Origin: Candidatus Poribacteria bacterium
Lineage (GTDB): Bacteria > Poribacteria > WGA-4E > PCPOR2b
NCBI GenBank assembly: GCA_965116925.1
Contig: OZ220744.1
Location: forward strand, 2,400,001 to 2,464,000
Length of the DNA: 64,000 nt
Reading direction: 5' to 3'
Positions 57,184 through 64,000 of this stretch are shown piece after piece (the stretch's first letter is position 1; each line of letters starts with the position of its first letter). Made by a program: the position numbers and the translations under genes. The notes under the pieces are model-generated. The model was not told the origin of the DNA, searched no databases, and was given only the letters and a program-made list of their open reading frames with translations.

Positions 57184-58259
57184 GCTGGCGCGTTGTAGAG
57201 CATTTTACAATCTACCGTGAAGAGGGGTGGTACGGTGCCCACCCCAATCTTGTGCGCACCCCCGGTGGGAATCTGTTAGTTCTATTTCACCGCTCGCCAT
57301 TCGTGGGATATTCCCACCATAGCCACCCGTTATTTGATGTTCGTGCCTGTCGGTCTGAGGATGAAGGGCAAACTTGGAGTGACCCACACTTGGTTACCAT
57401 TGATCCGTTGGGCGGTGTGCTTGACTTCGGCACGCATACCCTCACGGACGGAAGCATCTTCCTTCACGCCTCCAATGTCGCGCTCGTTCCTGAAGATGAG
57501 GAGCGCGAAGGTGACGGATGGGCGGCTCGTGCAGGTATTCCGTTCTGGGCGCGTTCCAATGATGATGGGCGCACTTGGACCGAACCGGTGCGTTTCCCGC
57601 CACTACCCGATGCCGTGTGGGGACATCCTGCCTCTCATTCAGGGATTGCCCGGAGTGGATTGATACAGATGCCTGACGGACGTTTACTTTTGCCGAGCAA
57701 GGCGACCGACCACCCTGACGGTTCAATGCCTTTCTTCGGTATGCTGCGAGTGTCAACGGATATGGGTGAGACGTGGGAGTACGCCGGACGGATTGCGGAA
57801 GACGCCGTTACCCACTTCAGTGAGCCTGCCATCCATCTCACCCCTAGTGGAAAGATTATTGTTCTCTTTCGGTGCCACCCTGGCCCCGGCGCAACGAGCC
57901 GCGAGGTTTGCCTCGCGTTAGTGGAATCGCATGATGGTGGGAACACATGGTCTCCGTGGCGACAGACGACGATCCGTGGATGCCCCGGCCACATGCTTGG
58001 GCTGCGGGATGGACGTATCTTTACCACTGTCGGCACACGGTGGCCCGGACAACGTGGATGCCTAGCGCGTATCCTCGAACCGGAGGGAAGTGACTTGGAC
58101 ACCGCACCTGTGCTGGTCATCCGAAGTGATTCACACGATTCCGATTGTGGTTATCCTTGGTCGGCTGAGCTTGAAGATGGTCGTGTGTTGGTGGTGTATT
58201 ATTACGTCTATCCGGATGGTCATCGAGGCATTGAGGGAACGATTGTCGAGGAAGTTTAG
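57180..58259 (+). CDS. Sialidase-like BNR/Asp-box repeat protein
   Basis: Four Asp-boxes (SEDEGQTW, SNDDGRTW, STDMGETW, SHDGGNTW), DCGYP; ATGA overlap with idi. Confidence 0.85.
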   Translation: MSWRVVEHFTIYREEGWYGAHPNLVRTPGGNLLVLFHRSPFVGYSHHSHPLFDVRACRSEDEGQTWSDPHLVTIDPLGGVLDFGTHTLTDGSIFLHASNVALVPEDEEREGDGWAARAGIPFWARSNDDGRTWTEPVRFPPLPDAVWGHPASHSGIARSGLIQMPDGRLLLPSKATDHPDGSMPFFGMLRVSTDMGETWEYAGRIAEDAVTHFSEPAIHLTPSGKIIVLFRCHPGPGATSREVCLALVESHDGGNTWSPWRQTTIRGCPGHMLGLRDGRIFTTVGTRWPGQRGCLARILEPEGSDLDTAPVLVIRSDSHDSDCGYPWSAELEDGRVLVVYYYVYPDGHRGIEGTIVEEV

Positions 58260-58325
58260 CGATAAAGGGTTGGGAGCAGGCGATTTTTTAATCCAATCTG
58301 AACAACCGTACCGATAGGAGCGGAT

Positions 58326-59114
58326 ATGAGCGAAACAGTTGATATTAAACTCGCATGTATGAGTCTGATGTGGGGCGGAGATCTATCCAACGAAGAGATG
58401 CCCGCTTGGATTGATGATGTGGCGGTGGCGGGTTATGCGGGTGTTGCTACATTTGAGAGGGTGCTGCTTCGGTTTATGGAGGAGACGGATTTTGTCGAGC
58501 GGATAGCAGATCGTGGGCTTCCATTGGTAAGCGTCGATCTCGTCATAGACCGTGACTTCGATAGGGTCAACCGTGTCTGTGAGGTTATGCAGCAGCTCGG
58601 TGCGAAGCATCTGGTGACGATAGGTGGCTTGGCACAGAAGGGGGCAGATATGAACGAGATTGCTGATTTGCTGAACCAGATTGGCGAGATTGCACTGACC
58701 TACGACGTCCGTGCCTGCTTTCACAACCACACCCATCACACCGGCGAGACGTTGGAGGAGACGGAGGAGTTGCTACACAAAACAGATCCCACCAAGTTCT
58801 TCGGTTTCTTGGATGTCGGTCATGCGACAAAGGATTTTGTGGGGCACCCTGTGGAACAACGTGCGGCAATCTTCCTTGAACAAAATTGGGATCGAATCGA
58901 CTTTCTTGAATTCAAAGATTGGCATGAAGATTCCGACTTAAGGACAGAGGTTGGTGCTGGCGACTGCGACTATGAAGGCGTGTTTCGGATTCTGAGGGAG
59001 AAACGTTATTCGGGCTGGATCACGGTGGAGCAGAATGGTCCGACTGGAGACAAAACGCCATTGGAATGCGCTAGAGCGAGTCGGGATTTTATCCGACAAG
59101 GCTTAGGTGTTTGA
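58326..59114 (+). CDS. Sugar phosphate isomerase/epimerase (IolE-like TIM barrel)
   Basis: FHNH, LDVGH, EFKD, EVGAG, YSGWITVEQ. Confidence 0.85.
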   Translation: MSETVDIKLACMSLMWGGDLSNEEMPAWIDDVAVAGYAGVATFERVLLRFMEETDFVERIADRGLPLVSVDLVIDRDFDRVNRVCEVMQQLGAKHLVTIGGLAQKGADMNEIADLLNQIGEIALTYDVRACFHNHTHHTGETLEETEELLHKTDPTKFFGFLDVGHATKDFVGHPVEQRAAIFLEQNWDRIDFLEFKDWHEDSDLRTEVGAGDCDYEGVFRILREKRYSGWITVEQNGPTGDKTPLECARASRDFIRQGLGV

Positions 59115-60320
59115 TTTTTCGTTGACCAGTTCATAAACCGTGATGTTTTCCCATTTTCGCTTTGTTCTATGGGTTGCCACCCGCTTCTTAAATCGGTTCA
59201 AAATCCTTAAATCCGCAGTGTCAATCATTGTTTCTAGACGAGCGATTGCTTTTGCGCCGGAAGCGTCCGCATACCCAATGAGCAGGCGACCTCTTGGATT
59301 AAGGTAACTAGGAAGGTCGTCGAAAAAACGTTGAAGGGTCTGTTGTTTTTCGTCGTGGATGGCAATTTCTGCGCGGTTCCGGGCCCGTGAAACTACCCAC
59401 GGTGCATTGAAAATAATCAGATCGAAACGGTGCCCCGACACTGGTTGGAAGAGATCGCCCGCCGGCATGAGGTAGGTTTGCGGCGGATCGCTGTGCCCAT
59501 CGGCAAAACGTAAGAGGTTAAGCCGGGTTGTGGCAACTGCTTCAGGCAGCAGATCCGATCCATAAATTTTCACCCCCAAATCTCCTACTTCCTGTGCGGC
59601 GAGCAGCGTAAGACACCCACACCCACACCCCATATCGAGTACCGTTGCGCTTTGCGGTAGCTGCAGTTTAACGCTTTGCAATCCCCGTTGGAATAGTTCG
59701 ATCGTCTCCTGAGAATGGGGCGGAAGCACGTTGTCGGAGGCAGCCAGTGACATACCGAGTGCACGAATCGGATAAGCCTCTGCGAGTGCCCTTTGAATCT
59801 CTTGAATCTTGGTGATGGGTATTAGAAACGGGTGTCCTTCATTTGCACCCTGATTTTCGCCGACCCACTCAAGGAGGTAAGGTAGATCTGGCGGAGGATT
59901 TACCTGTAAGATACCGGTTGGGTCTGCCCAACACATTAAGCGTGACAGTGTGCCTTCCCTTTCTTGCATGGGATTTACAACCGCCAACTCTGAATCGGAT
60001 TTGCGTCTGTCGCCCCCCGTTCGACGTTGCCATCTGCCTTTGTCTCGCCCCGACCTTTTTCTCTCCCGCCTACCCTCGTGGGTTGGACGAATCAACTCAT
60101 CCTTTTTTCGTTCAATGTACTCCATCACCTCCGTTACTTGCTTCCAGTCGCCGGACAGGATTGCGATACCACCACGGCGTAAGTGAGTAAAAATTCGATT
60201 GAATTGTCCTAACTCGCCGTGTGTGAACAACTTCCACGAGGCATCATCTGCGGCAATTTCTCGATATTGGGTCGGCACGTAAACATCACCGACTTCACCT
60301 ATCCGGCGAAATGGAGGCAT
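59103..60320 (-). CDS. Class I SAM-dependent methyltransferase (methyltransferase small domain-like)
   Basis: VLDMGCGCG, GDLF, FDLIIFNAPW (NPPY-like). Confidence 0.8.
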   Translation of the reverse strand: MPPFRRIGEVGDVYVPTQYREIAADDASWKLFTHGELGQFNRIFTHLRRGGIAILSGDWKQVTEVMEYIERKKDELIRPTHEGRRERKRSGRDKGRWQRRTGGDRRKSDSELAVVNPMQEREGTLSRLMCWADPTGILQVNPPPDLPYLLEWVGENQGANEGHPFLIPITKIQEIQRALAEAYPIRALGMSLAASDNVLPPHSQETIELFQRGLQSVKLQLPQSATVLDMGCGCGCLTLLAAQEVGDLGVKIYGSDLLPEAVATTRLNLLRFADGHSDPPQTYLMPAGDLFQPVSGHRFDLIIFNAPWVVSRARNRAEIAIHDEKQQTLQRFFDDLPSYLNPRGRLLIGYADASGAKAIARLETMIDTADLRILNRFKKRVATHRTKRKWENITVYELVNEKSNT

Positions 60321-60359
60321 AGTGGGTAGAGGTGGTTGAAGTATATTTTTTTCTGACGT

Positions 60360-61685
60360 TTAGATGAGCCAGATGTATCGCGCTACGAAAAGCACTGCGA
60401 ACAGGTAAATCAGCCAGTGCACCTGTCTTCCTTGACGGGTGACCAGTTTTAGTAGGGCGTAGGAGATGAAGCCAAACGCGATCCCTTCCGTGATACTGAT
60501 GGTAAGAGGCATCAGCAATAGGGTTAGGAACGCTGGGATAGACTCTGTCATGTCGTCCCAATCGATGGAGACAACATTTTTGAGCATGAGACTTCCGACG
60601 ATAATCAGGGCCGGGGCAACTATGGGATAGAGGAACGTATTTTCACCGATCGGGTATCCTGCCCCTACCATCTTGATTAGCGGATTAAAGAATAGGGCGA
60701 GCAGCATCAGCACTGCTGTGACGATACTGGTTAAGCCGGTGCGTCCTCCTGCGGAGATCCCGGACGCGCTCTCTATGTAGCTGGTAACGGTTGATGTGCC
60801 GAGCAGGGCACCCGCGCTTGTGGCGACCGCATCCGAAAGCAGTGCCTGTCTCGCCCTCGGCAGTTTGCCATTGACCATAAAGCCGCCTTGTTCGCCGACA
60901 CCGACCAACGTTCCGACGGTATCGAACAGATCTAGGAAGATAAAGATAAAAATTACCGAAAGCATCTTCGGGTCTACGAGAATGTTCGGGATTTGGAGTT
61001 GGAGGAAAGTTGGAGCAATAGACGGCGGGGCGGCAACAACCCCTTGAAATTTGACCATGCCGGTGATGAGCCCAACAATGGTTGACGCAAGAATGCCGAT
61101 TAAGATTGCGCCGCGCACTTTTAGGGCGAACAGGACAGCTATCACGATCACTCCAAACAGAGAGAGGAGTGCCGGCGGTGATTTCAGATCCCCAAGGGTG
61201 ACATAGGTTGCAGGATGATCAACGATAAGCCCCGCCCATTCCAAACCCACTAGCGCGATGAGCAATCCAATTCCAGCAGGGATGGCGTTCCTCAGCGAGA
61301 CAGGCAGAATCGTCATCACCTTTTCGCGCAGCCCTACAAAGAAGAGCAGGATAAACAGCACCCCTGCAATGAAAACGGCGCCGAGCGCGTTTTGCCACGA
61401 CACACCGAGGGTGAGACAGACGGTGAAGGTGAAGTAGAAGTTATGTCCCATCCCCGGCGCAAGGGCGATGGGATAGTTGGCGAGCAGTGCCATCAACACC
61501 ATTGCCAATGCACTTGTGATGCAGGTTGCCGCCATCACCGCGCCTGAATCCATCCCCGCTGCCGATAGCACCGCCGGTTGGACGAAGATAATATACGAAA
61601 GTGTCATGAACGTTGTGCAGCCTGCAACAATTTCACGTTTAACAGTTGTTCCTGATTCTTGTAAACGGAACAATTTTTCGAGCAT
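60360..61685 (-). CDS. NCS2/AzgA-family purine permease
   Basis: REIVAGCTTF, PIALAPGMG, DLFDTVGTL, TSYIESASG, GGRTGLT. Confidence 0.92.
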   Translation of the reverse strand: MLEKLFRLQESGTTVKREIVAGCTTFMTLSYIIFVQPAVLSAAGMDSGAVMAATCITSALAMVLMALLANYPIALAPGMGHNFYFTFTVCLTLGVSWQNALGAVFIAGVLFILLFFVGLREKVMTILPVSLRNAIPAGIGLLIALVGLEWAGLIVDHPATYVTLGDLKSPPALLSLFGVIVIAVLFALKVRGAILIGILASTIVGLITGMVKFQGVVAAPPSIAPTFLQLQIPNILVDPKMLSVIFIFIFLDLFDTVGTLVGVGEQGGFMVNGKLPRARQALLSDAVATSAGALLGTSTVTSYIESASGISAGGRTGLTSIVTAVLMLLALFFNPLIKMVGAGYPIGENTFLYPIVAPALIIVGSLMLKNVVSIDWDDMTESIPAFLTLLLMPLTISITEGIAFGFISYALLKLVTRQGRQVHWLIYLFAVLFVARYIWLI

Positions 61686-61772
61686 TAGTTACCTCCTCGA
61701 TGATTACAGGATTTTTTGTCTTGTCACGTTTGTTCGTGAAATCGATAATATAACCCAAACTCAAAGAAACAA

Positions 61773-62333
61773 TCATATTTGCAAAACAAGGTTCACAATC
61801 TCATCTATACTGGGTGAATATTGCCCTTCTGTCGAGACATGGACTGTAGGCACGTTGAAATCCGGGGCTATATAGTTACCGGGAGGCGACATTACACCAG
61901 TTTTCCTGTAGATGCTAACGCGCTCATCGCCGTGGAAAAACTCCCGGCTTGGATCATCTAGGCCACGCTGGAGATGGCGTTTTGCTGCCACCAGCCCGTC
62001 AACAGAGCATACAACAATGAAAGGATCGCCCAATTCAAGGATTTTGGGCATCCTTGGTTCCCAGACCTTGTGCTGAAAGGCCGCCTCTATGACGATAGAG
62101 ATCTTACCGGCGAGGTACTGATTCACTATCTCGAAGAAGAAATTGGTGACCACACCATTAGTGTCCGGTGGAAGCTGATCGTGCTTGACGCCATGCGTGT
62201 TGACATAGCCCTCCTTGATTTCATCGCGACTGATAACCGGCATCCACAGTCGTTCAGCGAGTTTCTTGGATAGACTTGTTTTCCCTGATCCCGGACGGCC
62301 TGTGACGATAATGCATTTGGGTTTACTGCTCAT
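61773..62333 (-). CDS. P-loop kinase-like (AAA_33 type) protein
   Basis: VTGRPGSGKTS, ISRDEIKE, IVIEAAF. Confidence 0.8.
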   Translation of the reverse strand: MSSKPKCIIVTGRPGSGKTSLSKKLAERLWMPVISRDEIKEGYVNTHGVKHDQLPPDTNGVVTNFFFEIVNQYLAGKISIVIEAAFQHKVWEPRMPKILELGDPFIVVCSVDGLVAAKRHLQRGLDDPSREFFHGDERVSIYRKTGVMSPPGNYIAPDFNVPTVHVSTEGQYSPSIDEIVNLVLQI

Positions 62334-62384
62334 ATTTCTGGATACCCTTCTGAATACCCTCCCAAGTTTGAATGCGAATAGGTG

Positions 62385-62413
62385 GTATATCTCCGTCTAT
62401 TCTGGAGATATAC
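62385..62413. other. Perfect 10-bp stem hairpin or operator-like inverted repeat
   Basis: GTATATCTCC-N9-GGAGATATAC between pncB and the kinase gene. Confidence 0.5.
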
Positions 62414-62469
62414 TGAATCAAATGACTTTTCAAACAGGTTCTAAATCAATTTACCTATTGAAAAGTATA

Positions 62470-63921
62470 TCAATGTTGCCTGTTTTGTGTCAATTCCTCT
62501 AATAAATCCTCCAATCCCGGACTCAAAACAACTGGGTATTCTTTCGCCTCTGTCAGTTCCTTATAGGGTTTGGGCAGCCGCGCTAGTTCAGATCTTGCTT
62601 TTGCCTGCATTGCCGCCATATCAGGGAACGAGTAGACTAGCTCACCCTTGTTAATTACCGGCACGAGCAGCGGTTCACTGTTTTGGAGATCTTCATTCCA
62701 GAGGCTGATTACATCCTGAACGTAATTTCCTTCATCGTCGTATATACGATGGAGCTGTTTTCTGCTAGGAAGGGTTGATTTGCCGGTATCCTCACTGAAC
62801 TTCATTGTGACGATCACCTTTTCGTTTTCGATCCGTTCGACATGCTTGTAGACACCGGGCAGTGCTGAAGGGCCGCCTTCACCAGTTAGTGGATTAAAAT
62901 TTGCTCCGGTTGCCAAACGGGTGCCGACGCCAAAACCGTCAATCGGTGCACCTGAAGCTAACAGTCGATCAATATGAAATTCGTCAAGGTCGTTGCTTGC
63001 GAAGATCTGGACATCATGCAGCCCTGCTTCATCGAAAATTTTTCTGACGGCTTTGCTCAGTGCTAGTAGATCGCCGCTATCAAGTCGAACCCCTCTCAGC
63101 TGTGCGCCGCTTGCCTGCATCTCTTTTCCAACGATACAGGCGTTTCTTGCTCCCTGAATAGTGTCGCAGGTGTCGATCAGGAGGAGGGTGTTGTGAGGGA
63201 AAGATTTTGCATAGTCTCGAAATGCCTCTAGTTCAGACGGACGGTCCATGATGAACTTGTGTGCGGTTGTCCCGACATAAGGAATGTTGAAATATTGCCC
63301 CGCAATAACGAGGGAGGTGCCGGCAGCACCACCAATGAATGATGCCCGTGCAGCCAAAATACCGGCATCTCTCCCATGTGCCCGTCGTGCGCCGAAATCA
63401 AAACAGGTGCGTCCGCGTGCGGCATGAACAATCCGCGCGGTTTTCGTGGCGATTAATGTCTGGAAATTCATCACGTTGAGGAGATAGGTCTCGAAGATCT
63501 GGATGTCGATTGACCTGCCTGTCACATTGATCAGTGGTTCGTTTGGGAAGACGGGTGTCCCTTCAGGCACTGCATAGACATCGCCATCGAATTTGAAATG
63601 ACGCAGGTAATCAAGGAAATCATCGCTCATATCCGGTGTCGGCTTGTCCCGTTTCGAGGACTTCGATTTATCGGAACTTTCCTTCAGCCACTTGAGATCT
63701 GCATCAGTAAAGCGTAGATTCAAGATGTAGTGGATGACCTGCTCCAATCCTGCCGCAATCATATACTGTCCCTGTGGGATGGAGCGAACGAAGTAGTTCT
63801 CAGTGCAGATTGCGTTGTTCCCACTGTCAAAATCCGCCTTGCCCATCGTCAACTCGTAATAGTCAGCGAACAGTGCCATATTTGATTCAGTGAGGAGACC
63901 GGATTGGGGGGCTTTGGTCAT
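62470..63921 (-). CDS. pncB: Nicotinate phosphoribosyltransferase
   Basis: DYYELTM, DFGARRAH, GTTAH, LLIDT, VRLDSGDL, ASNDLDE, FGVGT, GVYK. Confidence 0.93.
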   Translation of the reverse strand: MTKAPQSGLLTESNMALFADYYELTMGKADFDSGNNAICTENYFVRSIPQGQYMIAAGLEQVIHYILNLRFTDADLKWLKESSDKSKSSKRDKPTPDMSDDFLDYLRHFKFDGDVYAVPEGTPVFPNEPLINVTGRSIDIQIFETYLLNVMNFQTLIATKTARIVHAARGRTCFDFGARRAHGRDAGILAARASFIGGAAGTSLVIAGQYFNIPYVGTTAHKFIMDRPSELEAFRDYAKSFPHNTLLLIDTCDTIQGARNACIVGKEMQASGAQLRGVRLDSGDLLALSKAVRKIFDEAGLHDVQIFASNDLDEFHIDRLLASGAPIDGFGVGTRLATGANFNPLTGEGGPSALPGVYKHVERIENEKVIVTMKFSEDTGKSTLPSRKQLHRIYDDEGNYVQDVISLWNEDLQNSEPLLVPVINKGELVYSFPDMAAMQAKARSELARLPKPYKELTEAKEYPVVLSPGLEDLLEELTQNRQH

Positions 63922-63945
63922 CGTTCCGTGCCTTTGGATTGTCAG

Positions 63946-64000
63946 TTAAGCTGCTGAAGTTTCTGCTGTAGCCAGTGCGTCATCGGTCCCGGTGCCGGAT
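63946..64000 (-). CDS. Possible 3' end of an upstream gene cut by the window edge
   Basis: Open frame ...SGTGTDDALATAETSAA-stop ending about 25 bp before the pncB start. Confidence 0.35.
   Translation of the reverse strand, partial: SGTGTDDALATAETSAA

Overview
Gene-dense bacterial chromosomal window, about 50% GC by eye. It most likely comes from Candidatus Poribacteria or a relative. This is an inference from three PhyH-family dioxygenases, internalin-like LRR/dockerin/FlgD-like-tail secreted proteins, FG-GAP/UnbV and TPR proteins, and BMC vertex genes. Housekeeping genes are mtaB (partial), murQ, ribE/ribBA/ribH, hisH, idi and pncB. The most notable features: (1) a minus-strand cluster (49607-41384) behind a consensus sigma-54 promoter with tandem TGT-N11-ACA sites, encoding two TonB-dependent receptors, two Asp-rich exported proteins with an atypical CX4CH cytochrome c domain, and a TolB-like propeller; (2) two paralogous LRR surface proteins with near-identical ends but different LRR binding faces, interleaved with the riboflavin genes and carrying a duplicated promoter, one having lost its C-terminal domain by a ~400-bp deletion; (3) a NifA-type-GAF kinase / NtrC-like activator pair split by a repeat-laden DUF3782 nuclease-like gene and followed by two BMC vertex genes and a rhomboid; (4) two tandem DNA methyltransferases with no restriction enzyme; (5) at least three MITE-like families, some with perfect target-site duplications, with REP-like hairpins nested inside them. 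No rRNA, tRNA, CRISPR array, transposase or reverse transcriptase was seen. All product calls come from motif reading by eye; no database search was run.
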